Assembly: GCF_006345805.1 (NCBI RefSeq)
Contig: NW_021824648.1
Coordinates: forward strand, 1 to 36,707
Direction: 5' to 3'
Length of the DNA: 36,707 nucleotides
Origin: Octopus sinensis
Lineage: Eukaryota
Shown in pieces: positions 24,100-35,918 of this stretch (position 1 is its first letter; each line of letters opens with the position of its first letter). The translations under genes and the position numbers were made by a program. A model generated the notes under the pieces. It was not told the DNA's origin and ran no database searches. It saw nothing but the letters and a program-made list of their open reading frames with translations.

Positions 24100-24162
24100 G
24101 TTAGTGACTATATATGTGTGTGTGTGTGTGTGTATGTGTGTGTCTGTGTACTTATATATATG

Positions 24163-24228
<66 letters not shown>

Positions 24229-24508
24229 AATAAAATGTATGGATATATATATAACGTAAATTGTGGTGTGCATATGTTAGTGTTTCTCTTCATTCATATT
24301 ATATTCCAAAATAATCCTAATCTTCTCCGAAAGGTTTTTCTCGATACTTTCCTAAATATTTATCCACTTTTTGAAAAATTACGAAGAAACAAAAGATACT
24401 CTTGTGAATTTTTGCTGAACGCTTCTCCCGACATTTGGGGCACACTTATATAGGTACGTATATATAATCGTATATATAATGTATACATGCCTATAAGATA
24501 TTATATAT

Positions 24509-24558
<50 letters not shown>

Positions 24559-24652
24559 GTATATACACATATATATAACAATATATATATATATACACAC
24601 ACATATATATATGTATATATACAAAGATACATACACACACAAACACACACCA

Positions 24653-24689
<37 letters not shown>

Positions 24690-24960
24690 ATATAATATAT
24701 ATATATATACTTCATGAGACCCTTATTTTTCCCCATAACTTTGTGGTGTTTCCTATCTTATAATGAAAATCATTGATTTTCGATGACGATTATGTTGAGA
24801 AAATGGAAGCATTTGATGAGTTTCAAACGAATCCCAACTCCAGACATAATTGTTGATTAAGACATTGAAAGGGATGGATTTTCAGAAAATTTTATTTAGA
24901 AATATTTATTCTTAAAAGCGTCATGATGAAAATACAACCACATTCATATGTATATATATA

Positions 24961-25810
24961 TCTCTTATTATAAAAGGCAGATTTTATCTGCCTCCCTTTG
25001 TCTCTTATAGAAATCTACAATATAGGATTTCTTCAATTACAATTTACCTAGCATTTTTAAGAGTAGAATAAATCGGGTCGTGCCAGGTCCAGTTTTTAAA
25101 ATTTCAACCCCAATTAAGCAAAATTTAGAGGAAACTCACATTGTGGTGTGTAAGTCAAGTGCTTTTCTTAGTGTGGGCTATAGCACACACACACACACAC
25201 AAAAAGGGAGTGATCTGATTCACTCACGCTATCACTCTAATTTCTACGACTTTCTCTTTGCAAGTTTGCAACGATTAAAGTGAAACTAATTCGATAAAAA
25301 GAAAAAAAAAACACAATAAACAGAAACAAATAAATACATAACGATTTACTCCTCACACAATTTCTTCAATTAGAGTTTACCCATGATTTTTCAAAGTACT
25401 TCCATTGGGTCATGCCATACAAAATTTCTTTCAATTTTACCCCCAATTAAGACAAAATTCGAGAAAACTCAATATTTTAACATTTCACTCCGAAAGCATT
25501 GATGTACATGTGTGTGTGCGTGAGTGTGTGTGTGTCATTCCTCACACACACGCATACACATACATATATGACAGTGACAAACACAAACGTTTCAAACGAC
25601 TACATACAAACACGTGTGTGTTTGTTATTAGTAAAAAAGGCGCCAAACACAACTCACTTATCATTCCAACACATTTGCAAAGACACACGGACGGTCGAAT
25701 TGCTATAACAATACAGAAAAGGTAAATTGGTTTTTATTTTACTTTCTGTCGTTAAATTTTGGTAGTATTAATTGGCGAGCCGAGCTTCTTTCAGTATATA
25801 TTTACACATA
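24961..25810 (+). mobile_element. Non-autonomous Helitron-like element
   Basis: 5' end A|TCTCTTATTATAAAAG with internally repeated blocks. The 3' end is uncertain: either a degenerate terminus near 25800 or shared with 26462. Confidence 0.5.
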
Positions 25811-26068
25811 CATAAATATATACACATATTCTGTATATATTTTATTATATAATATTATATATAGATATATGTATATATAATTGCAGTATGAAACAGTGTT
25901 TATGTATAAACAGACGACACTTATATATAGTTATTAATAAATGTATGCATCCGTTTAAAAGAAAAACCAAAAAATATTTTATTCTTTATAAATGTTGTGT
26001 TCAAAATAACATTTTCTTTTAAGAATGTGTATATAACAAAGTATGTGTATATAACTACGTGGCTTATA

Positions 26069-26461
26069 TCTTTATATATAAAAGTGAGGTTGTGTGTCTG
26101 TCTCCTACGATTTAGATTCCTAACTACTCCCACATTTTGCGGTGCAGTGTAACCAAAACCGGGTATCTTATAGTCGTGATTCATATCGAGCCCTTCTGGG
26201 TATTAGTGTGCGTCTACGATGAGTCAACGATTTAAAAAAATTTACCATCATATTTTTCCATTTTAATGCATTTTTTCGCTGTTATATAAGGGAAGTAACT
26301 CTCTAAAAATATCTACAATGTGTCAACGATTAAAAAAAATTTACCTTAATTTTTTTTCAATTTTTAATGCATTTTTTTGCTATTTTTTGGCTATAACTCT
26401 CTAAAAATGCTTATATAGTTATTTCCCTTACAAACCCGAGCAACGCCGGGCGATACTGCTA

Positions 26462-26462
<1 letters not shown>
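26069..26462 (+). mobile_element. Non-autonomous Helitron
   Basis: 5' A|TC at 26069, subterminal hairpin CCCGAGCAACGCCGGG (26435-26450), 3' CTAG|T at 26459-26462, no TSD. Contains an internal tandem duplication of about 95 bp at 26225-26405. Confidence 0.8.
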
Positions 26463-26495
<33 letters not shown>

Positions 26496-26944
26496 GCTCA
26501 GGAGTTGCTGTGTGGTTAGTAGCTTGCTTACAAACCACATGGTTCCATAGGAAATCGGATTCTCAATTTTTTACACTCATCGATTTTTTTATTTTATGTA
26601 ACCCCATTTTGCCCATGGATTGAGAACCCTTCCAGCAAGGAAAGTAGAATGCCCAAAATGGCTCCTGATCCTCTGCGTGAAAAGTGGTTATGTTCAGATC
26701 ACAACTAAGTTTATATATATGGGCAAAACACACACACACGCAAACATATACGTACATACACCTATTGTATACATGTTTTTGCGCGCCTTTGCCCCTGCCA
26801 CTGTCCCACCACCACCTCCTACCCGAGTAATACCATCAATTGAAGCAAATTTGGCACCCGGAAGTAAGTTTTGCAACAGGAATAGAGAAGCCTACCTTCT
26901 CCCGCAGAGATGTGAAAGTCATACCTCTCCTGCTCAAACTAAAG

Positions 26945-27378
26945 TGTTTGACCCGGTCATAAAACAAACAAAAAATAGTGTAATAGGTGTAAAACAAATT
27001 CCTCTAAACGACAATGACCCAAAAAATGCGCGCTCGCAAAAGGGGAGTGGGGGAGAGGCCTCGGAAAATTCACATCGTGAATGTTACGTGTCTGACCCGG
27101 GCACAAAAACAAAAAAATAGTGTAATAGGTGTAAAACAACTTGTTCTAAACGATTATCAAGAACACACACACACAAAGAGAAAGGTTTGGTTCAAGGCAA
27201 GACTGCATTGAACTGAATTTAAATAAGCAAGAAAGATATTATCAAAGAAAAGGCCATAGGCCTCTCCTCCCAACCCCTTTTGCGAGAGCACGTTTTTTTG
27301 GTCATATTCGTTTAGAGGAAGTTCTTTTACACATATTACTATTTTTTTGTTTATTTTTATGACCGGGTCAAACGCATT
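26945..27378. repeat. Imperfect inverted repeat of about 115 bp with a third partial direct copy
   Basis: TTTGACCCGGTCATAAAA...GGGAGAGGCC (26946-27061) versus its reverse complement at 27258-27375. A partial direct copy lies at 27092-27160. Confidence 0.75.
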
Positions 27379-27469
27379 AGGTTGACCCCTCTCCTTTCGA
27401 AAACATGAACAGTTTCGAAACATTGTTTACAAAATAATAGCTGATCGTTTGCGAAGGAGCGTGTCTACA

Positions 27470-27625
27470 GTCAACACGTAGGTCTTTTGCTCTGGTAACC
27501 TCTGCTCTCTCCCATGTTCACGCACGACCAGCTATATATCGCTATGATTAGAACAACGGATTCAGCTAATTTGGAAATTAGTTGTGGAGAAACGGAGAAT
27601 ATCGTTTATGTTGCTCGTATATATA
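27470..27625 (+). pseudogene. Helitron RepHel PIF1-like helicase C-terminal remnant
   Basis: QHVGLLL...FTHDQLYIAMIRT...ETENIVY resembles the FSHGQLYVALSRV...TxNIVY end of Helitron helicases. Confidence 0.6.
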
Positions 27626-28089
27626 TATACGCACAACATACACACACACACACACAAACATTGCATACAGGTGTCTTTTACGCATACATGCTCGCGTGTG
27701 TGTATGCGTGACGGAAGCCATTCACACATACAAACATACATAACAACACCTGTCTGTCTGTTATTATAAAAATATATCTCTTTCTCCCTCCCTCTCCTTA
27801 CACCGTCGCTAGGAGGTGACTTAATTAATGTTTGCTTTGTAAACAATGGTAGCTCTCGCCATCTTAAAAATTTAGAAGTTATTTACCGCTATTCGCGGGT
27901 GTCTCGGGGGAAAATAATTTGACGAAAATACAGCTAGGATCGTGACGAATGTCCTCCTAAAATTTGAGCGGCATGCGTGTTAATTTGTGGATGTGCATAA
28001 ATTACAAAAACGTTCATACACACACACACACATCTTGAATTATATATATATATATCTACATATGTGTGTTATGTGTGTCTTTGTGTACA

Positions 28090-28290
28090 TGCGTGTGTTT
28101 GTGTGCCTGTGTTTGTCCCACAACATCGCTTGACAACCGATGTTTACGTCCCGTAACCTAGCGGTTCTGCAAAGGTAACTAATAAAATAAGTACTAGGCT
28201 TCCTGGGGTCGATTTGCTCGACTAACGACAGTGCTCCACCATGGCCACAGTCACATGACTGAAACAAATGAAAGACTAAAAGAATAAATG
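28090..28290 (+). mobile_element. CORE-SINE 3' half
   Basis: CGCTTGACAACCGATG...CATGGCCACAGTCACATGACTGAAACAAATGAAAG. Confidence 0.7.
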
Positions 28291-28623
28291 TAACTGTGAA
28301 CACACACACACACGCGAACACACACATATACACACACACACATTTTGCTGCTCTATGTGTTTATTTATTGTTATTCATCCTATATGTGTGTGCTTGTGAG
28401 TGTGTGTATAACTATATTTATATGTACATATGTATGTGTGTATACGCGTGTGTGTATATACAGTAGAAATCTCCATTACCTACTCCCCACCCCAATCATT
28501 CCACCTGTTTAATTAATTTCATTCCTTCTCTTCTCTTTTTCTGTGAGTTTTTCTTTTAATTCTTCACCACCCGACTCCCCTTTCAGACACCATTTTTAGT
28601 GTTTTTATTCTTTTCTTTTTCAG

Positions 28624-28778
28624 GTTAATCCTCGAGATGATAATGGTCAAACACCGCTGCACTTGGCCTGTTATCGGGGACACTTGCACACTGTCGATCT
28701 TTTGTTGGGTCACAATGGCATTGATGCCAATGTGGTGAACAACGATGGAGACACACCACTGCATTGGGCAGTTCGGGA
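28624..28778 (+). CDS. Ankyrin-repeat protein exon (VNPRDDNGQTPLHLACYRGHLHTVDLLL...GDTPLHWAVR)
   Basis: Long pyrimidine tract plus CAG, 155 nt, two TPLH motifs, GTAAGT donor at 28779, phase 2. The supplied ORF track missed it. Confidence 0.95.
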
Positions 28779-29739
28779 GTAAGTCCCCATTGGATCTGGA
28801 ATATCCAAATCTGTTTCTTTTATGTTTTCAATAATGTTTGTTTCTTTTTCATTTAGTCATTCATGTCATAATCCCACCATGGGGTCATTGTCTTTCTTCT
28901 CTCTTTCGCACTGTAATCTACTTCATTAATTAATCATCACCATAATTGTTATTGTTGTTGCCTCACTGGACTCTTTAGTTCAACCCGTTCTCCATTTCCT
29001 CAACGTCACAGGTTCAAATCCTCTCTCTTCTTCCTTTCCTTCCATCTATAACTACTTTCTTTCTCTTTCTCTTCCTCACTCTCTCTCCTTTGTAGTTGCC
29101 CTATTTATTCCGACCCTGGGCTAAATAGATAATCATCCCCTTACAGTATTTACATTTGTCTCTTTTATGTTCCATGTTCAAATCCTACCAGAATATTTAC
29201 TATCACTCTGGGGTCAATAAAATCTGTACCAGTAATACCCTGGGGTTCCTTTAATAAACTGTCTTCCTTCTTTTCTCCTGTTCTTGTTTCTTATTACTTT
29301 TGAAGAAAATAAATTGTGTTATTTTATTTACGACTCTTTACGTTCAGAGTTCAAATCCTGCCAAGGTCAACTTCTCCTTCCATCTTTGCAAGGTTGATAA
29401 AATACAATACCAGTGATGTACTGGGGTTCATATGATTACCTGTAGCCCTTCTTTCCTTCCTAAATTTCATGTTTATATAAGCTGTCAGAATTCTTAGCTG
29501 TAATTTTCCTGTCTTTACATTTCTGGGTTTACTCAGGTGTGTATATATCATTGTTCTACTGTGTAGAGTGTGTATTGAATAAATATATGTGTGTGTGAGT
29601 ATGTGTGTAATAATTGATGTAATTAAGTTATTGTGACCTAATTACATTTGTTTTCTTTAATGACCTAATAATTATTATCTCAAGCTGTGTGATGTTTGCT
29701 TTTTTTTCATGTTTTTCTTTCCTCATCCATTACTTTCAG

Positions 29740-29776
29740 TCGAAAATATAAAGTGGTGTGTGCGATGCTGAAGCAG
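29740..29776 (+). CDS. Ankyrin-repeat protein short exon (D-RKYKVVCAMLKQ)
   Basis: Acceptor TACTTTCAG, 37 nt, completes the GA+T Asp codon, GTTAGT donor at 29777. The sequence fits the second helix of an ankyrin repeat. Confidence 0.7.
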
Positions 29777-30074
29777 GTTAGTTAATAAATACATATTATA
29801 TACACTCTCCAGTATCTTATTGATCTGTATAATATAAATATTATCAAGGTACCAGTGAAATAATGGGGATAGATTTAATCACATGTACTACAAAAGCCTT
29901 GTGTTTGTGGAGGAATTGTATATTGATCATGTTGATGTTGATATTAGCGGTGTTGACAGTCCAACTGACCACCACCACTGATAATAATATCTTTAATGGT
30001 CAAATGAAACAAGGTCATTATGAGATGAACCAAAATATAACAGACATCAGGTATATATATATATATATTAATTG

Positions 30075-30410
30075 TTTTAGACATTTGACTGCGGTCATGC
30101 TGGGGCATCACCTTGAATTTTTAGTCAACTGCATCGACCCCAGTCCTTTCTTTTATTTTAAGCATATCACTTATCCTCTCAGCCTCTTTACCGAACCGCT
30201 ACACACACACACACACATATGCAAACACTAACTCACACACACACACATACATAGGCACACACATAGACACACTCCTGTTATGAAGCTTCTTTCAGTTTTC
30301 ATTTACCAAATCCACTAACAAGATTTTGTTCAGCCCTAGGTAAGGGTAGAATATACTTGCCTGAGTTTCCATGCAGAGGGATTCAACGTGGAACAGTGTA
30401 TGGCTGGGAA
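30075..30410 (-). mobile_element. CORE-SINE, diverged
   Basis: CATTTGACTGCGGTCATGCTGG...TACCAAATCCACT...ATACTTGCC. Confidence 0.65.
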
Positions 30411-30465
30411 AAAAGCTCCTTACACAAAAACCATGTATATATGGATGTGTGTGTCTAGCTATTTC

Positions 30466-30467
30466 TT

Positions 30468-30532
<65 letters not shown>

Positions 30533-30611
30533 TTATCTATCTATCTATCTACCTATCTATCTATCTATCTATCTATCTTTCTATCTATCTGTCTATCTTT
30601 CTATCTACCTC

Positions 30612-30690
<79 letters not shown>

Positions 30691-30830
30691 GCCTGTCTGT
30701 CTAGCTGTCTGCCTGTCTTTCTGTCTCTCTAGCTCTCTCTCTGTCTATCTGTCTATCTATCTATCTATTTATCTATCTACCTATCTATCTATCTATCGTT
30801 CTATCTATCTGTCTATCTTTCTATCTACCT

Positions 30831-30866
<36 letters not shown>

Positions 30867-30867
30867 G

Positions 30868-30914
<47 letters not shown>

Positions 30915-30956
30915 TTATCTATCTATCTATCTACCTATCTATCTATCTATCTTTCT
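30466..30956. repeat. (ATCT)n/(GTCT)n (GATA/GACA) microsatellite, about 490 bp
   Basis: Directly visible. Confidence 0.98.
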
Positions 30957-30958
30957 AA

Positions 30959-32452
30959 AAAAGAACAATTGTAACATTCACCACACAAGAGATAAACCGC
31001 ACAAAGGCACTCTTCTCCAAAGAAGGAGACAAATTGCACCTTCATATTCCACAACACATCGTGGAAAACACGCAAAAAAAAACAATAATTTATAAAGTAA
31101 TAAACAAAAAAACAAGAAGAACAGAAAATGCACCGCAGGAAAAAATCGATAAATGCCTTCGTCCTGTATGGGACTCCAAGGAATATATCAGTTGGGGAAA
31201 CAAATTTGGTACAGTCCAAGTACGTTTCCTCAACGAAAGTTTAGCAAAACGTTTTTCCACATTGGAGCTACATTCGGACGACTTGGTAATGATACCAGTC
31301 TATTTAAACAAAAGGGTCACGAAAGTCCAAATAAAAAACATACCATTTGATGTCGAAACACAATGGGTGGTCTCTGCCATCTGCTTTGAAATGTCAGAGA
31401 CAATGTCAGAGACAAACATCCTGGAAATCGCGGTTCTAGGAGAGAAAGACTATGTGGGCAAATCAATCGAATTCCTGCTTCAATTGGATGAAGCAGCAAG
31501 AGAGAAGATACCCACCGCTATAGAACTGCCAGGAGGCTACAAACTCTATATAGTGGTAGAGGGCAGGCGACCACGCTGCTATTTGTGTGGAAGCGAAACA
31601 CACTTGAAAAAGACGTGCCCAACCACTGCACACCAAGAGCAACAACAACAACCACTACCACAACCAAAGCACTCCGGAAAAAAAGCTCTACTACCCACAC
31701 CACCATCAACACAGAAGACGACAAGAGAAGCACACCAAGCTAATCCGTCATCAACCAAAAACCACTCGACACCTGGAAAAATACCAACACTACCATCAAC
31801 AGCAAAACCCAAAGGAACAGAAAAACAAAGAAAACACACACAAACTGATCCCCCATCCCTTATACCGCACTCAACACACACAAACACTCAACAACCAACA
31901 ACAACGAAAACAACAACACAACCACTTACACAGACATACATAGAAGCCCACAACATACCCCTACCCCCTTCTGATTCCTCAGAAATTTCGTCGGAAGACG
32001 AAACCAGTGAGGAATGGCAAATAGCTACAAAAAGAAGGAAAATAAAGAGCAGAAACACAACCAAACCAAATGCAAACACGAACAAAGCAGGGGGAAATAC
32101 ATCTCCCGAAGACATTTCAAAACCCAACGCAAACAACAGCCACACCAACACCACAAAAACATATACAGCAAACATGCTCACAGCCATAGACACCAAAAAC
32201 ACAAATTTGATGGAATACATCCAATCAAAAACAAACATAACAGAAGATGACATAAAAACAAACAACCACCCATACACAACACCACCAGACCACATCAAAA
32301 TAATACACATCTCCAAAAGTCTGCACCACACACTCAAAGGCATTTTCCCCAGTGCGGTTGGTAAATGCCAAAAATATCTCACAAAGAAACTGTACTGGGA
32401 TCTTCTCGAGGACAAACCAACGGAGGAGAAAGCAAAAACTTTCGAGCAGTAA
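30959..32452 (+). CDS. LINE ORF1 (RRM-like region, CCHC knuckle, low-complexity linker, C-terminal extension), N-terminally truncated
   Basis: The frame is open from the microsatellite junction (KRTIVTFTTQEIN...) with no initiating ATG. Contains VTKVQIKNIPFDV and RRPRCYLCGSETHLKKTC (CX2CX4HX4C). Confidence 0.8.
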   Translation, partial: KRTIVTFTTQEINRTKALFSKEGDKLHLHIPQHIVENTQKKTIIYKVINKKTRRTENAPQEKIDKCLRPVWDSKEYISWGNKFGTVQVRFLNESLAKRFSTLELHSDDLVMIPVYLNKRVTKVQIKNIPFDVETQWVVSAICFEMSETMSETNILEIAVLGEKDYVGKSIEFLLQLDEAAREKIPTAIELPGGYKLYIVVEGRRPRCYLCGSETHLKKTCPTTAHQEQQQQPLPQPKHSGKKALLPTPPSTQKTTREAHQANPSSTKNHSTPGKIPTLPSTAKPKGTEKQRKHTQTDPPSLIPHSTHTNTQQPTTTKTTTQPLTQTYIEAHNIPLPPSDSSEISSEDETSEEWQIATKRRKIKSRNTTKPNANTNKAGGNTSPEDISKPNANNSHTNTTKTYTANMLTAIDTKNTNLMEYIQSKTNITEDDIKTNNHPYTTPPDHIKIIHISKSLHHTLKGIFPSAVGKCQKYLTKKLYWDLLEDKPTEEKAKTFEQ

Positions 32453-32482
32453 GTAACCTCTGTATTCTAATTCATTAGAACT

Positions 32483-35400
32483 ATGATCAAGATTGGTTGT
32501 GTAAATGCGCGTGGCTTGGGGTCCCCTTGGAAACAAGGGTACCTCTTAAATGACATAAAGTCACATAAGTTAGAAATCATAGCCATAAGCGAGACCAGAC
32601 TCCACAATCCGCGGGCCCTAAAGACCATGTTTGGCGGACAGTTCAACATTTATTTTTCCCCCTGTCTGCCGAGAATGGGCGGTAGTGGCACCGCGGTACT
32701 TTTTCACAAGAGTCTGGATCTCAATGTAAGGACAATATTCGTAGACCCGGAGGGTAGACTGGTCGTCCTGGATGTCGACGGCAGCAATGGGTGCGCTTTT
32801 CGGCTCGTATCAGTTTACGCACCGCCCTTAACAGGTCGGGCGGATTTCTTTCAACGTCTAGAAGTTTTCTTGGGAACGTCTCGTCCTTTACTCTTAGTGG
32901 GGGATTGGAATGCTACCTTGGACACGCATGTAGACTACGTGGGTAGAGATAGGAATAGACGGGGATGCAAATGCCTCAGAGACCTGCTCAGACGCTTTCA
33001 ACTGTCTGACAGGTTTCGACTAGACCACCCGAATGCGCCAACGTGGACATGGAGCAACCGCATCGGGTCGTCGAGATCGTATCTAGATAGGATACTGTGT
33101 AGGACAGTAGATAGAGATAGCATAGGATGTCCACAATTCCACATAGTCAGCTACACGGATCACAAACTTGTGACATGTACGCTAGACTTAGGTAAGACAC
33201 TTAGGCAGGGTCCCGGATACTGGAAACTAAACGCGTCTTTCCCATCGAGACAAGTTTTCAGAGACCGGATTAGCACACTAGTAAAGAGGGCTTTGACGGG
33301 AGCCATCATCAACAACAAATGGTGGTTTGCCCTCAAGAGAGCAGTAAAAGCAGAAGCGATTAGGTACAGCAAAGCACTAGCCATAGATAGAAATAGAGTA
33401 GAGGGTGAGCTAGTTAAGAAGCTAGAAGAGGCAATTAGAAGCGGCATCGCATCCGACGTTTTGGCGGCGAGGTTGGCCCTCGACCAACACTTCAACGCCA
33501 AACACGAAGGATGTGCTGTCAGAGCTAGGATGCGTGCTCTAAGGAACGAAGGTGTTGGAGCCGCGAGAGAGGCCCGGGTGGCAGAGGCGCAACAGGGCAA
33601 CAAAGCCACCATTCGGTCACTGGTAGATGAACAGGGGCGCGAATTGCTCGAGCCAAGTAAAATGTGTGAGGCCTTTCAGCAGCATTTTGCCCGACTGTTC
33701 GGAACGAGTGGAGGGCAAGAACGTAGGGTGGACTTCAGTGCCTACCTACATAGCCTACCACGACTCTCGACAAGAAAGGCAGGGTGCTGCGAAGGTGCCA
33801 TCACGGCGGCGGAAGTGCGGGAAGCGATGGCAGAATGCTCGAGGGACAAATCACCGGGTTTGGATGGTCTACCCTACGAGCTTTACAATTGTATGCCAGA
33901 CTTGTTTGGAGATCTCTTGGCGGCGGTGTACTGCAACTGGCAGCAAAACGGGAGCATTCCTGGTTTTGTGAGCCGAGGAGCCGTAACACTGCTGAAGAAA
34001 GATCTAAACAAGGAAATGTAATAGATAACTTTAGGCCCATCACTCTGCTTAATGCAGACTTGAAAATTTTGGCCAAGGTGCTAGCCAAGAGGTTGGCGCT
34101 TGTCATCGAGAAACTGGTCGACAAGGCGCAAACATGCGCCGTGCCAGGCCGGACCATCCATGACAACCTCCATCTGATGCGCTACATCATAGACAGGGTA
34201 GTTAACGAACCTGGCATGGGTGGGGCCCTGATCAACTTGGATCAATCAAAAGCCTTTGATAGGGTAGACCATCGATACTTGGAGGCAGTCCTGAGAGCGG
34301 CTGGTTTCGGTCCCGTCTTCCGCGGCTGGATAGCTGCCTTGTACAGAGGCATCCGTTCGGTAATTCGCGTAAATGGACATCTATCGAGACCTTTCGACAT
34401 TGCACGTTCGGTCCGTCAGGGATGCCCCCTCTCGGCGCTTCTATACGTATTGACTCTTGAGCCACTACTGCGGAAGCTGGCGACTCTAAGGGGCATCCCG
34501 CGAGAATTGGGATGCGGGACGAGCGTGTCTGCATACGCGGACGACGTCACCGTCATAGTGTCTAGCCACGAGCACATCGAGCTGGTCGGCGAGACACTGA
34601 AAAACTACGAAGCGGTGACAGGAGCGAAAATCAACCGGGAAAAGTCAGTGGGCTTGCGACTAGGCACCTGGAGAAGCAAGCCCATGCCGTCCACCAGCGC
34701 CTCCGTCGTGGGACGCTGGACCGACGGCCCGGTTGAGTTGCTCGGGGTCTGGTTTGGTCCGGACCTCCAAGTGGAGAAGAACTGGAACGAGATAACGAGT
34801 AGGGTGGTCACTCTCGCCCGGCAATGGGCCGAGAGGAAACTGTCCCTAAAAGGTCGAGCGGAGGTGGCGAACACGTACATCGCGTCCGTCATCTACTACC
34901 GCCTGACCGTCGTACCTTGTCCCGACCCTACCATCACCAAACTACAACGCATCCTCTTTCGCTTCTTGTGGAAAGGATGCGTCCCGATGGTCAGGCGATC
35001 CATTTGCTGTCAACACCCGTTAAAAGGAGGGCTGGGCATGCCGTGGTTGATGATGCGCAGACACGCGCTGAGACTGCGACATCTCTGGCTCTATGTAGAC
35101 GACGGTGAACAGGTGTGGTCGCCGTTTGTGAGGCACGCTTTCCGCAGCTCGTCTCCATGACCGAACTGCAGTCGTGGATCAAAAAGAGGCCGAGGAAGGG
35201 CGAATGGCACCGCGAGTGTCGCGTTGCTCTCAAGCAACTCTGCCGTCCTGGGTCGACCTTAAGTGACTTCAACACAACCAAAGCATTCTATAGGGGTTTA
35301 GTGGAGGGGAGGTACGACGACGAGCTCGGGGCGAACCTGGACGTCGACGAGGAGTACCTGACCCGCCTGTTCGGGACGACTTTCGGGCCAGGGCCCATGG

Positions 35401-35918
35401 ACAACTTCCAGAGATCCCTGGCCTGGCAGTGCTACCGAGAAGCGCTACCCGTTCGGGATAAGCTCTACAGACACGGCTCGAGAAACACGGGGCCGACCTG
35501 CCCGAGATGCGGTCAGAGCGACGAAACCGTTCTGCACGCACTCGTTCAGTGTCCAACAATTTCCGACCTGTGGGCTTATGTCGAACAACTGCTGTCACGT
35601 GTGGGACGAGTCGGTTTATCAGCTGAGTCTATCGTCAATATTGTCACGCCTCCTTCCTTCAAACGGGAAGGAAGAGCTATTTTCATCATCCTTGTGGCTA
35701 TGGCGAAAGAATGTATCTGGTGGACGCGTCTGAAAGTATTGGAGACAAACACTTTCCTCTCTGGTCAATCTCTCATCAACTTCTTCAAGTACCACTTGAA
35801 AAGGAAAGTGAGAGTAGAGAGGCAAGTTTTGTCTAGCGAATGTTTTAAAAAAAGATGGGTGAATGTAGCAAGAATGGCACGTATGAATGACGAAGCCACC
35901 TTGAGCATAGTCCTATGA
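32483..35918 (+). CDS. LINE ORF2: APE endonuclease, reverse transcriptase and C-terminal zinc finger, with two apparent single-base frameshifts
   Basis: APE: CVNARGL, ISETRL, VGDWNA, SYLDRI, TDHKLV. RT: FRPITLLNADLK, DQSKAFDRVDH, VRQGCPLS, YADD. Zinc finger: CPRCGQSDETVLHALVQC. The frame shifts at about 34012 and about 35142. Confidence 0.92.

Noticed and set aside
29863-30231. 122-aa ORF after ankyrin exon 5 as a possible next exon
   Set aside because: No ankyrin or other motif, and it runs through a SINE and microsatellites.
30371-30958. SIYL-repeat ORFs, and similar YI/HT/CV-repeat ORFs throughout the window
   Set aside because: Translations of (ATCT)n, (TA)n and (CA)n microsatellites.
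33784-34010. N-terminus of the 458-aa ORF and antisense ORFs over the LINE
   Set aside because: Alternative-frame sequence upstream of the frameshift, and shadow ORFs of GC-rich coding DNA.
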